Shown: positions 11,597 to 24,494 of the stretch, in pieces | How positions within the stretch are numbered: the first letter of the stretch is position 1 | Layout: the number at the start of each line of letters is the position of its first letter | NCBI GenBank assembly: GCA_013239625.1 | Contig: MU053823.1 | Coordinates: 813,565 to 850,528 of the forward strand | Reading direction: 5' to 3' | DNA from: Lama guanicoe | Taxonomy: Eukaryota | DNA length: 36,964 bases | Position numbers and translations under genes: made by a program | Notes under the pieces: model-generated | Database searches by the model: none | Told to the model about the DNA's origin: nothing | Seen by the model: the letters and a program-made list of their open reading frames with translations, nothing else

Positions 11597-11732
11597 CTAA
11601 AAAAAAATATCCTCAGGGTGGGAAAGGACATGGGGGGATCCTGCCCCTTACTGTCACCTGCTGAGTGCCCAGAGTGATGAGGTCACAGCTTAAGACACAA
11701 TGGGAGATAGTGAGAGCCTGTCAGGGACTGAC

Positions 11733-11776
11733 CTGGTCTCTTTCCTTTGGAGATCTCAGTGCCATCTTACACCAGT
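11733..11776 (-). pseudogene. Possible small juxtamembrane linker exon remnant (44 nt)
   Basis: Acceptor ttctcctctgtaacttctcag and donor CAG|gtcagt at the position where WC1 has a short exon between d' and TM. Not frame-preserving. Confidence 0.3.
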
Positions 11777-12399
11777 CTGAGAAGTTACAGAGGAGAATAC
11801 TAGGGAATATCAGGGAGATTCACAACGGTCGTGGAATCATGGTTCAGAAGCGTCACATCCAGCCCCCTTTGCAGGGATAAGCCGGCCCACATTAGAGCAG
11901 GGAGAGAGAAGGCTCAGAGCATCCTGTTCAGGATGAGACTGTCCCCAAAGGCAAAAGTACCTACATGCATGGCAGAGTGGTCTGTGTCCCCAACTCTTCT
12001 GCCCCAAGTCAGCCGAAGTGGAGAAAAATGTCCCAAGAAGGGCTTCTGATCCTTTTCTGAACATCCCCTCAGTGCACATCCAGTCCTGTCTGAACGGTGG
12101 GCACCAGAAAGACTATCTCTCCTGCCATATAAGACAGAAGGAATGGAACACCATACCTGTTTAAATATGACACAAAACTTCCCCATCAACTGGACAGCAA
12201 AGAAAGAACCTAGGGTTGTCCAAACACCACCAGGATATGCCCCCTGACTCCCTCACCCTTTATTCCTGGGAGGCCCTAGGGCCCCTCCCAAAAGTGTCTA
12301 GAGAAATCCAACAACTCCGGCCAGAGCCTCTCCTGGTGTGAGAACACGTATGGTCTGTGGAAGCACTTCTTGAAAAAACATTTTTTTTTTTGCATTGCT

Positions 12400-12874
12400 G
12401 CCCTGTTTCCTAAGGCTACCATAACAAATTAACACAAACTAAGTAACTTCAAACAGAAATGTATTCCCTCATAGTTCTGGAGGCTAGAAATCCAAAGTCA
12501 AGGTGTCAGCAGGGCCCTGCTACCTCTGGAGGCTTTTGGGGAGGATCTTTTCTTGCCTCTTCCCAGCCTCTGGTGATTGTCAGCAATCCTTGGCATTCCT
12601 TGGCTTGTAGATACATCACTCCAGTCTCTGCCTCCATCATCACAAAGTGTTGTCCTTGTGTCTCCTGTTTTCACATGATATTCTCTCTATGTCTGCGTTT
12701 AAATGTCTCTTTTTTTAGAAGGATGCTAGTCTTTGTATTAAGGACCACCCTAATCCAGTGAGACCTCATCTTAAACTGATTACATCTACAAAGACACTAT
12801 TTCTAAATAAGGTCACATTCTGAAGCTCTGGCTGGACATGAACTTAGGGGGAGGGACACTATTCAACCTAGTAC
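12400..12874 (-). mobile_element. MaLR solo LTR (MLT1C-like)
   Basis: catagttctggaggctagaaatccaaagtcaaggtgtcagcagggcc, aataaggtcacattctga, ggacactattcaacctagtaca end. Confidence 0.85.
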
Positions 12875-12951
12875 ATAGCTTATCCTCAAAGATCCCAAAA
12901 CAAATTCTCCTTTACAGAGTTTCAGTCCAGAGCCCAGACCTCTCTACTCAC

Positions 12952-13106
12952 CAGGGCACTTCACTCCAGCATCCTCTTTTCCCTTGTGTTCTTGCAGTGA
13001 CTGCAAGCTCTGGGCCTGTGGTGGGGACCATCTCTGCACCTGCTCTGCACCTTGACCAGCCAGGTGCTCCCATGTCCTAGGCCAAAGGCAGCCTCCCCAG
13101 GCAACC
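12952..13106 (-). pseudogene. 3' half of a degenerate SRCR d'-type exon
   Basis: PGEAAFGLGHGSTWLVKVQS (cf. AAFGPGNGSIWLDEVQC), then after a frameshift EDAGVKCP G|gtgagt. The 5' half of the exon is absent. Confidence 0.75.
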
Positions 13107-13419
13107 AGAACAGAGACATGATAGAAAGTACAAAAAAGACGAACAATGCCTTCAGATAGCCACTGATTTGTATGAACACATCCTGGAAAGCGGCATGGGC
13201 TGTGTAATCAAAACGAACTGTGTTCAGTCCTTTTTTGGATGACCCATACTTCAAGGTATCAGCATCACTCTGTAGAGCTTACAGAAATGCACACAGTAGC
13301 AAACCCCGAACCAAACCCTCCAATTCATCTTCCTATGATGCGCCAAAGTGAGGACCAAGAACTGATATTTTAAATAGTCACTACTAGTGGCTGGATATTT
13401 TTCACTATAGCAGAAATAG

Positions 13420-13780
13420 CTGTTATGAGCCGAGTTCCTCAGGAAATAAGCTGTGAGAAAGAGATTCAAGGACAGGAAGTTTCTTGAGGAATACTCTCTT
13501 AGGAGATCAAAAGAGGCAGATTGAATGGGGGAGAAGTTGAACTGTGATGCACTCGCAAGAAAAGCTCAGTTGATCCCACAGGGAGCTGGAACATTCCTTT
13601 ATGTTCATCCCAAATGGAAGCAAAAGGGCTGGATTAAAATAACTATGTACTGAAGTGAGATGAGGACTTCATTCATTGGGTGAGGACTCCCCCCAAGGAA
13701 TGGATGGCTACCATTACCTGCAGCAGCTGGGAAATGAGTGCTTTAGTCAGAAAGAGGGTCAAAACACAGCACCCACCACA
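13420..13780. mobile_element. Old ERVL-type LTR (LTR16-like)
   Basis: ggggagaagttgaactgtgatgca..ctcagttgatcccacagggagctgg motif. Confidence 0.45.
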
Positions 13781-14699
13781 GACACCTTTTGTACCTCTGA
13801 TTCATTTTTGTATCTTTGATTCATTTGCCTTATACATTAAGTATACATTTTACATTAAATTTTGAGAGCTTTTTCTTGTTGGATCAGAACCAAATAAATG
13901 GATAGAACACTGAAGACCATGGCACTGATTTTACATTGTTCATCCTTAAACATCACATATTTAGTATCACAAATATATTCTGAGTCTACCTGCTTCAGTT
14001 ATTGAACAGAGAGAACATAATAATCAAACAGAATAATCTCTTAAAATACAAAACCACCACTATGGTAATTGAAACAAAATTCTAGTTTTTTTTTTAACAA
14101 GCTCAGATTTTTATTAGACTTAACAAACATAAAGTTGTATTTTAATATATAACTGGAACAACCAAAACAGAGGTGAATAAAAGAATTACCAAATCTATAG
14201 TCACAGTTCATGTGTGTCTACATATTGTTGATAAAGAGAATTGCTATCATATTAATAAAATTTGTCATTTGACAACTATAACTACACAAGAAGTTATCTG
14301 TGAAACAGTGATTCCATATATTAAATGACTATATTTAAACTTTGAAAGAACACTATATATAGTGTTAAATAAATTTAAAATTGCTAATGTGCCAAACATT
14401 TGGCTCTTGCTTGTTAACTTTCTAAGTTGGTTTGGCAATAATGCTATTTCCAGGGAAGTTCCTATGTTTAGTTTTAGTAGTGCATAAAGTAGGGACATCA
14501 GTCTGCTAGATGCATGTTGACAGCCTTTTGAGAAGCAATGTAAATCAAGTTCAGAAAATTTAGAATATTTTTTTAACTTTCATCCAAAATTATGTGTCTC
14601 TGTATCTTGACAATTAACCTCCATGATTCTGTCAGTAATCACTTCCAAAAATTTTTCTATAAAATACTAGTCATATCTAAATTACCTTCTGATGCAAGA

Positions 14700-17065
14700 C
14701 AATTCAATATAAAGCCAGGAAAACAATACAGGAGCAAAATGAGATATTTGCCAAAGAGATAGAATTCATTAAAAAAAAACTAAACAGAAATTCTAGAACT
14801 GAAGGATTCAATAAATGAAATGAAAATTATAATAAAAAGCATGTGCAGCAGCAGTCTGCAAACAGAAGACTGAGTGATCTAGAGGTCAGGAATTCTGAAA
14901 AGCCCAGTCAGCAGAGAACAAAATATAAAGAAGGAAAGAAAGTAAAGAAAGTCTATGTGGTCTGTGGGATTCCAACAAAAGAACAAATGTTAGAGTAATC
15001 AGGATTCCAGAAGAACATGAAAGGGAGAAAGGGGCAGAAAGTTTATTTAAAAAAACATTAGCTGAGGACTTCCCAAAACCTGGGAAAGACTGATAGATCA
15101 CCTTATTAGCCCTTGCAAAAAGAACGGATCCAAGGTGCATTATAATGAAACTGTCAAAATCAAAGATAAAGAGAGAATATGGAAAGCAACTGGTGGGCGA
15201 GGTGTGTGGGGACCATTTATAACCTATAAGAAACCCCCATTAGGCTAACAGCACATTTTTCAACACTCTATAGGCCAGGAGAGAGTGGAATGTCATATTC
15301 AAAGGGTTGAAAGAAAAAAATTAACCAGCCAAGAATACTCTATCCAAAGTTATCCTTCCCATATGAAGGAGAAATAAAAGGTTCTCCCAGACAAAGCTGA
15401 GAGATTTCATCACCACTAGACTTGTCTTGCACAAAAGGCTGAAAGGAGTTCTTCAAGCTTAAATGAAAAGACACTAATTAGCAACATGAAAACATATGAC
15501 AGCATATAGCACACTCATAAAGATATATATATAGAGAGAGATACAGATAGATAGATAGTCAGATTTAGGAAACTCTAATTCTGTAATAGGGTGATGTGTT
15601 AACCACTTAACTATACCATAAAGGTTAAAGGAAATGAGTATTGAAAGTAACTATAGCTACTATAATTTTTTTAAGGAATACACAAAAAAATATAAAAAGA
15701 GGTAAATTGTGACATCAAAAATATAAAAAGGGGGAAGTAAAAGGGGGAAACTTACAATCAAAGAGAAGTTGCTCTTAGCTTAAAATGACTAATCAACAGT
15801 AAAGTGCAGGATGTAAAATCAACGTATAGAAATTAATTGTGTTTCTAAACACTAACAATGAAACATCTGAAAAAGAAGTAAACTATCCCATTCACAGTGG
15901 CATCAAAAATAATCAAATACTTAGGAATACACTTACCAAAGACATGAAAGATTGGTACAGTGAGAATTACAAGAATTTTATGAAAGAAGTTGAAAACAAA
16001 ACAAACTAGTGGAAAGATATCCCATGTTCATGGATTAGAAGAATTCATGTTGTTAAAATGTCCATACTTTCTAAAACCATCTATAGATTCAACACAACCC
16101 CTTAAAATCCCAATGGCATTTTTCATAGAAATAGAAAAACAATCCTAAAATTTGTATAGAACCACAAAAGACACCAAACAGATAAAGCAATTGTGAGAAA
16201 GAAGAACAAAGTCAGACATCACACTTTCTGATTTGAAACTATACTACAAAGCTATTGTAGTTAAAACAGTGTGGTACTGGCACAAAAATACACATGTAAA
16301 CCAAAGGACCAGAATAGACAGCCCAGAAATAAACCCTCACATCCTCAATCAACTAATATTTGACAAGGAAGCCAAAAATCTCGATGGGGAAAGAATAGTA
16401 TCTTCCACAAATGGTGCTGGGAATGCTGGGTAACCACATGCAGAAAAATTAATTTAGGCTTCTATCTTATATCACTCACAAAAGTTAACTCATAAAATAT
16501 TAAAAACTTTAACATAAGATCTGACACCATAAACTCCTGGGAGAAAACATAGGGAAGAAGCTTCTTGATATTGGTCTTGGCAATGAATGACTTTTTTGGA
16601 TATGACCTTAAAAGCATAGACAACAAAAGCAAAAATCAACAACTGGCACTACATTATGCTAAGTGGGGTAAGTCAGAAAGAAGGACAAACACTATCGAGT
16701 CCAAAAAAAAATGAATTCATATAAACAGAGAGTAGAGAGCCAGTTGCCAGGGGCTGTGGGTTGGGGTTTTGGGGAGATGTTGTTGAGGGTTACAAAGTTG
16801 CAATCAGAAAATAAATAAGTCCTGGATATCTAATGGTGATCATGGACAACAATACTGTATTATAAACGTCCAAGTTACTAAGAGATTACATCTTTATTAT
16901 TTCCACCACAAAAAAGAGACGATAATTCTGTGACGTGATAAAGGTGTTAGCTAATGCTGTGGTGCTAATCATATTGCAACATATAAATGATCAAATCAAC
17001 ATGCTGTATGCCTTAAATTTACACAATGTTCTATGTCTTTCATATCTCAATAAACATTTTAAAAA
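14700..17065 (+). mobile_element. L1 with internal deletions: ORF1 fragment, inter-ORF region, ORF2 C-terminal part and 3'UTR with AATAAA/polyA
   Basis: ORF1 motifs (ccagccaagaatactctatcc, catcaccactagac), ORF2 ORF 16233-16433 [18 protein letters not shown], jumps at about 15790 and 16655, end catatctcaataaac. Confidence 0.9.
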
Positions 17066-17959
17066 TTTCTAAAGTGAGAACACGCCGAGTACTTGTTTTG
17101 TAGATAGCAAGGCTGAGATCAGCAATTTGTGTAAAACCGATTGCATTTCCAAGCACTGTAATGACAACCATCTTACTTATTTATTCAAAGAGGCCTGAAA
17201 AGAATGTGAAAATGGCCTAACTGGTTTATATGAAAATGAATGGAAGGAAAGGAGGCATAGGGACAGTATTGTTGAAAAAGAGGACCCAGGAGCCGGAGGG
17301 CACACACTTTCTAATCACTGAAGCCTGGATTATCAGGTGCAGATTGCCACATTCTAACAAGGGGATTCATCTTGTAATCAGTTTGTAATCTGTCATCCCA
17401 CCATGTCCCAGGGAACTATAATTTATTCCCAGGCGAGGCATCTGTACTGGTCATGGTAGTCTTGGGGGCAAGAGCTTCTCTGTGATGTGAGGGAAGGAAA
17501 GACTTTAGGCCTGTTCAGGGCCATCAGGAGGCCTGGATCTATGAGGCTTTCATGCACCAAAAAGAAATGGAAGGAGAGGACAGCCCACCCCATGAAGCCA
17601 ACAGTATGTCCCTTTGTTGTACATCTCACCTTTTTTTCATTTACCTGAGAACTTTTCATCCTTCTAATCCCAATTTTGTCGTTTGCTGATTTTAGTTCTC
17701 ACTGTTAGATATTTCTTCATTTCTTTGCAGCCACAACATGTTGGTCACTTGACACTGGAGACCTAAGCTCAATTTTGAAAAAACTCATCTTTTCTTGGGC
17801 CGGTGGGGTGGTAGAACCGACCCAGAAACAGTGCATCTGGCTGATCCCACCAGCTGAACTGAACCAGCCAATGAGCTGGATCCCTGGGGTGGAGAAAAGA
17901 AAGCCTTATACATACATAGCTTTTTAAAATACAGCTCTTCTGTATCAGCTTTAAGGACA

Positions 17960-18238
17960 GAATGACACCTGACGTCAGAAAACCTTGTATCTCATATAAG
18001 GAGATATTTAAGATTCAGCATCTAATTGGTGTTCGAACTTCAGAAAGTTTCCTTTTATATAGTATCTGATGGCAGGGAAGATGTTAAACAGGGTTTCTAT
18101 TGGCTCCGAAGATGGTAGTGTCAGGGGATTGGACTACATAATCCCCTTCCTGCTGGAAGAGCCCCCATTAACGGCCCAGAGGACTCCTTGTGTGGTCTGA
18201 GGAGACTGAGGCTGTTACCCGAAGACGTGAGGATCAGC
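17960..18238 (+). promoter_or_regulatory. Putative proximal promoter and 5'UTR of the WC1-like gene
   Basis: Perfect CRE TGACGTCA 17970-17977, inverted CCAAT boxes 18099-18103 and 18128-18132, TATA-like TACATAA 18135-18141, ETS cores CTTCC/GGAAG near 18146-18159, RUNX TGTGGT 18191-18196, all directly upstream of the leader ATG. Confidence 0.55.
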
Positions 18239-18311
18239 ATGACCATGAACCAGCACGGCTTTCTCCAAGGACTTGTCTTTCTCCTCTTCAGTGTCCTATC
18301 GAGTGCTCAAG
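18239..18311 (+). CDS. WC1: WC1-like exon 1, signal peptide
   Basis: MTMNQHGFLQGLVFLLFSVLSSAQ G|gtaagc, similar to the WC1 leader MALGRHLSLRGLCVLLLGTMVGGQ. Phase-1 donor. Confidence 0.85.
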
Positions 18312-18715
18312 GTAAGCGTTCGTAAGACCAGCAGAGATGCTGAGTTAGCTGTAAGAAGCCGGGCGAATGACCTCTGGGGCTGCCTAGACTGCACTTCTCT
18401 GTTGACCATTTGGTTTTGACCAGATGTGTTCCTTAGTGGCAGTGAATGGTAATTTTTCTCCTGTGGGGCTCTGTGTTTCAAGTTAAGCAGTAAGGTGTTT
18501 CAGACATACAAGGTTTGTTCTCAGACTGACCTGACTCTGTTTCAGCCCTCCCCCGACAACACCTAACAGCTTAGAAAATGTCGCTCACATCCCAGTTTTC
18601 CTGTAATGGATTATGGCGGAGGGATGGCCTCAGGCTGGGTCTCTGATCTGTCCTTCTGACATTCTATACTATGTTTCTCTCCACTAGTATTTTGGTATGT
18701 CTGGTCCTATGGACT

Positions 18716-18832
18716 TTGTGTGTGCATGTATGTATGCTTTGAGTGTATGTACACATATGTGTGTGCACGTGTGTATGCTTTGTATGTATATGTGTGCATG
18801 TGTGTCTGTGTATGCGTGTATGAGAGAGAGGA
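18716..18832. repeat. Degenerate (TG/TA)n followed by (GA)n microsatellite
   Basis: tgtgtgtgcatgtatgtatg...gagagagag. Confidence 0.8.
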
Positions 18833-20210
18833 GGCAGTCAGGGAAGGGGAGTCTGAAGAGTACATGAAGACTAAATGTATAAACAGAAATATGTCTGCCC
18901 AGTGGAAGTCAATTTTTTATGTAGGAGTCTGTAGAATTCATACTCCCTAAGTAAGCCCGACTGCTAGATCTGGTGGTGGCAGTGGTAATGGTGGTGATTG
19001 TATGCATGTTTATGTGTGATGAGAGCAGATATGGAAACCTTTCTATAAAGAAAGCCCTCTCGATATAAACTATAATTACACTTCCAGTTAACTGTGCACC
19101 TGCAGTCTAAGCCCAACTTTGAGTTTCTTTTTCTTCCCCACAAACCCACAGCTCAGACGTTTTTCTGCTTTTCTGAAGTCTTTCTCCAGCACTGGGTTCT
19201 TGGCAGAACTCTATTTCCTGCCTGTGATGTGTTCCCTTCCTGTCTCTTGGATCAATGGTCCTCCAACCCCACTGTGCAACAGAAAAAACTAATGCCAAAA
19301 GTAGGTGCCATAAATGGACAGATATGAACATCGAAGGCAGGAGAGGGATTTAGCCTTAGAGACTTCAGGATGTGCCTCTCTTGGTCAACTTTTTCCCCTC
19401 CCCAGTGGGGAACTCAAGCTTGTTCTGTGACATCTCAAAGGATCAGCTACCCAGGAAGAACCCTGCGCTTGTGAATGCTCTTACAATGAATTTTCTCCCT
19501 TGTAATTCCCTCCAGACTCGGTACGAACCTTGGTCTCCAATGGACATCAGGGGAGTCCAAGTCATCACCTTTGAGCTCCCAAAGTTAGAATGATCTAGCC
19601 ACATGCCTGAAAAGCCAGCTCTTCTAGATGTGGGCCTTGGTCCTGGCTGCCTTAGCAATCCTTCTCACCTTCTTTATTCTGTGTTCCCGCCTCATCTGAA
19701 GCCTCTCCAGTCAGATGTCTCTGTCTCTCTTCTTTAAGAAATCCTACTCCTCCCAACAGAAGCAAGAAGTTCTGCTCCTCGTTCCTTTGTTATATTTCTT
19801 CAAACTTCCAGTTCTTCGGGTTTGGGACATATTGTGAAGATGGTTGTCCTTTTTCAGGCTTTACAGGCTCTTACGGATAGAGGTGGACTCTCAAAATGAA
19901 ATGTGGAATTGGTGCTCTGATTTCATTTTGGCCTCTCCAGCTATGAGAGCAATGAACAAATTCCTCTTTAGGCTAAGAAGAAGCCATACCTCGCTCCAAC
20001 AAACATGATGTTTCCTCCAAGAGAACTTTCTGTAGGTTCATCTTATTAAAGCACATACTCACCTTCGCATGAGTTTGCCCTGTCTACTTGTCAATTTCAG
20101 CCTTGGCATCATGGTTCCGAAGAGCATTAAATATTTGCTGAGCCTGGCACATGTCACACAGTCACTGTAGCACAAGTCAGGATCTGCTAGCTCCCTTTCA
20201 TTCTTTCTGA

Positions 20211-20600
20211 ACACTGAAAAGCTTCTGCACCACTAAGGAAACATTAATAGAGTGAAAAGGGAATCTATAGCAAATCACATATATGATAAAGGATTAATTT
20301 CCAAAATATATAAGAAACTCCTACAGCTAGAGAGCAAAAACAAAAACAAACAACAACAACAACAAAAAACCCCCTAATAACCCAATTTAAAAATTGGCTA
20401 AGGACTTGCATAGAGACTTCTCCAAAGAAGACACACAAATGGCCAGCAGATACATGAAAAGGTGCCCAGTATCACTAATCATCAGGGAAATGTAAATCAA
20501 AACCATAATGAGATATCACCTCACGCATGCCAGAATGGCTATTATTAAAAAAAAAAAAACAAGGGTTGGCAAGGTGGTGGAGAAATTGGAACTCTTCTGC
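20211..20600 (+). mobile_element. L1 ORF2 3' fragment
   Basis: aaaagcttctgcac, ttctccaaagaagacacacaaatggcc, atcactaatcatcagggaaatg, gagatatcacctcac. Confidence 0.85.
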
Positions 20601-20639
20601 ATATTTCTCCACATTAAATGTATAAATCTTATCTCAATA

Positions 20640-23100
20640 AAATTATTACCAAAAAATCTATATGATTTATAATGATGTCTCTTTTCATTCTTGGTATTGT
20701 TAACTTCATTTTCTCTCTGTTCTTGATTAGTATTGTTTGATGTTTATCAATTTCCAGTGAGCCATATTTAAAAGGTTTTTTCTCTGTATCCTCTACCTTA
20801 TGTTCACCTTCCTTTTCATTAAATTTTGCTGTTGTCTTTAATAATTCCACCTTCTACGTCCTTTGGGGTTTATTTTCTCGTCTCCTAGTTTCTTAAATAG
20901 AAGCTTACACTTCTTCATTTTCTAAATCTACAGTATAAATTTCTTTTAGGCACTACTTTAATTGCATTAGGAGAATTTAGTTATAATATATCTTTATTAT
21001 CATTATTTTATAGTATTTTCTAATTATTTTAAATTTATTCCCAGACCCAGGTATTTTTTGGAAGGGTGTTGCTTAAAAATTTCCCCAAATGGGGATTGCT
21101 AACTATATTTTCTTATTATTAACTTAATTTCACAGTGGTCAGAGTAAATATGCTGTATGAATTCAATTATCTGAAAGTTTTTGTCCTATCATGTGGTCAT
21201 TTTCGATAAATGTTTGTATGTTTACAATAATGTAAACGCTCTCTTTGTTGGGTACATTGTTCTACGTATGTTGCTTAGTTAAACGTGTTGGTTGTGCTGT
21301 TTTACATTTGCTGTGTTCTTCCTCTTTTTGCATGCTTGGTCTGCATGCTATTGGAACAGGTATGTTAAAGCTCCCCCATTTTGATTGTGATTGTGTCTAT
21401 TTCTTCTTTTCATTCTGTCAGGTGTTATTGTATATTTTGAAGCTAGGTTTTGAAACCTTTCTTGGATTTTGATATCTATAATGTCTTTATTAAGGCCTTA
21501 TCCCATTATAATCATGAACATTCCCCCTTTAACTCAGTTAGTGTATCTTGCCTTAAAGTCTACTTTCTGTGACATTGACAGAGCCACTCCTGTTTTCTCA
21601 TGGTTAGTGTTTACATGGTACATGCCTTTTCCCACCATTTTACTTTTGAACTTTCTTTGCCTTCATACATAAGGTGAGCATCTTGCAAGGAGCATTTACA
21701 TGAATTTTGTTGTTTTATCTTGATTGGCTTTTATTTGAATCTAATCCATTTACTGTAAAAGCAATTACTGGTGTTATTGGGTGAGTATCTACCATCTGCT
21801 TTTAATTGACCCACCTGCTTTATGGTCCTTTCTCTCTCCTTTTCCGTCTTCTTCTGTATAAACAAATCTGCTATTATTCCAGATTTTCCTTTTTTCCCTT
21901 TGATTTTCAGCAGCTTTACTAGGTGCAGAGGTTTTCATACCCTTCTACCCATTTAAAAAAATTCTCAACCATTACATCGTTAAGTATTACTTCTGCTGCT
22001 CTGTCTCTGTTTCTGTCCTTCTTCTCCTCCTCCTTCTCTTCCTCCTCCTATTCCTCCTCCTTCTCGTCTCTCATCTCTAGGACTCCTCCAAGTCACTAAT
22101 TCTAGGTTGAGTTCTATCTAAAATTCTTTTAAGCCTATCCATTCAATTCTTAATCCCAGACATTTTATTTTCAGTTGGCAACTGTTCCTTTGGTGTTTCT
22201 TGTATACTTACAGCTCTTTGGTTTTTTTTAATCTTTCACTTGTTTATTCTCTCCTTTCCTCTTTTTTCCTAAATACATTGGTTACAGTTAAACTCCCTAT
22301 TTGCTAACTCCAATATTTGCATCATGTGTGTTTCTGCCTTCTCTTATCTTCTTTTATCTGCTTTGTTAATCTGTCATGCCATCCCATCTCTTCACATGCC
22401 ATGTAATCTTTTATTGAATGCTAGAAATTACATATGAACAAATAAAATACTCCAGATATATTTTCTAATGCCTAGAAGGACTCATCTTAGGCGGGTGGGA
22501 GAAGAGTTGCAGATGACCCAAATATCTGCACACAACGTAGGCCTGAGTTGTAACAAGTCTGGGCTGCAGTTTGGTGACACTCTGTCTGATCGCCCTCTGT
22601 TCCCATGGCCTGTCAGGGATTTCAGCTGAGAGCCTGGGTGTTTTGGTAGCTCAGTACCCAAGAGTTGAGGGAATATCCACTCTGCTTTCCAAGATTTTTG
22701 ACATGGCTCTTTGGCCTCCTGCCCTTCACAGCTTGCATACTGGGCAAATATTTGAGGGGAAAACCTGCTATGTGAGAGAGGCCCTCAAGTCTCCAATTTT
22801 GTCACTCCAGCACCAGGGAACCCCGAAAGTTACGCTGGCTTCTCTGCTCCAACAAGAGTCCTCTGCTTGCCTGAGCACAGATTCTGAGCTATTAACCCAT
22901 GCCCCAAAGTGGGAAGTTCCCACAGAGAAAAGGAAGCTGTAAATCCTTGGCTGACATTAAAATGATCTCCACTCTTTAGAATTTCAGTATGTTTGGTCCA
23001 TATTGTGTCCATAAAAGTCTAACATCTTTACTTTTTTTTTTTTTTTTACATTTTCCAGCTTTTTTGTTGTTGTTGTATCCAGCAGGACCACTGGCCTGCC
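20640..23100 (-). mobile_element. Old, highly degenerate L1 (L1M-type) fragments
   Basis: T-rich antisense L1 motifs (ttgccttaaagtctactttctgtgacattgacagagccactcc, ttagtgtttacatggta). Boundaries approximate. Confidence 0.55.
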
Positions 23101-23990
23101 GTGAACGCCTCCATTCTTCACGGAAGTAGAAAATTTTAGGTTTTATTTTCTACTCATTATTTACTCAAAGTGCGACATTGCTGGGCGTTATTTAACCTTT
23201 CTTTAAATCACTCTTTATGTATAAAGGCGAGAGTAATAGAGTGAGTCTGTCAGAACTGTTTGTACAAGTGCCTCGAAATACATGATGTTTTTCCCCTAGA
23301 AAACAAATAACTCCAAATTTTGAATAATAGTGATTCCTGACATGAAATCCAAATCGAGATCATACTGACTTGGGAGAAGAAGCAACAGTCTATGATTCCC
23401 AGTGGAATCTGTCCAATGTCGATCAGTATGATTTTACATCAGATCTCATGCAAGGTCACCCAATATACTCAAAGAGATTATGTAGTTTGAAACTAAGCAT
23501 CCAGATCCGGAGTCTGAAGCCTAGAATCATAAGAGAAGTACTCTGGGGTAAACCAAAGCGTCTCGTGGTCCATTCATGTCTCAGTTCTGAGTGACGATGC
23601 CAAGAAGAACAATTCTAGTTGGTAGAGGGTCACACCTGCTACCTGAGGCTCCTGATGAGGCCAGTTCCTCACTCTATTCCGTTTAATCCGATCCCTTTAA
23701 CTTTCAGGGCAGTGGCATCAAAGTGTGTGTGGTTTACAAGAAACCCATCTAGCTGCCAGCCCACTCCTGTGACTCTGAACCCATTTATTTGCTCAGAGTA
23801 GAGAGACTAACATTTCCTGTCTATCTTTCTCAGATGCTATGCAGAACTCTGCAAATCAGAAGGTTAACACTGATAGGCCCCGTGTAACATGGCTTGTCTG
23901 GTACTACTCTCTAGATTATTCTTAACTCAACATTTCTTGTGGGTTTTCCTGACAATTTTCAACCGTATTATTCTCTTGTCACTGCTGTAA

Positions 23991-24082
23991 GAAACAAGAC
24001 CCAGGTCCTGCCCGATTCGATGACTCCATGTCTGAGCCAGCAGGCTCTGCGGCCTCAGAGGAGAGTTCCGCCAACTGCTTAG
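23991..24082 (+). pseudogene. Dead copy (pseudo-exon) of the c-d interdomain linker exon
   Basis: Aligns with 31964-32056, but the acceptor is AA (ctgtaa|GAAAC versus ctgcag|GAAAC) and there is a 1-nt deletion (92 versus 93 nt). Donor AG|gtgagg retained. Confidence 0.85.
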
Positions 24083-24125
24083 GTGAGGGGTCCTATAAGG
24101 AAGATCCTTCTCCATCTCTGTGTAA

Positions 24126-24494
<369 letters not shown>

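Noticed and set aside
16233..16433. [20 protein letters not shown] as a host gene
   Set aside because: It is an L1 ORF2 fragment.
19840..19930. Acceptor-like tttttcag|GC in intron 1 as a possible a1 exon remnant
   Set aside because: No SRCR motif in any frame.
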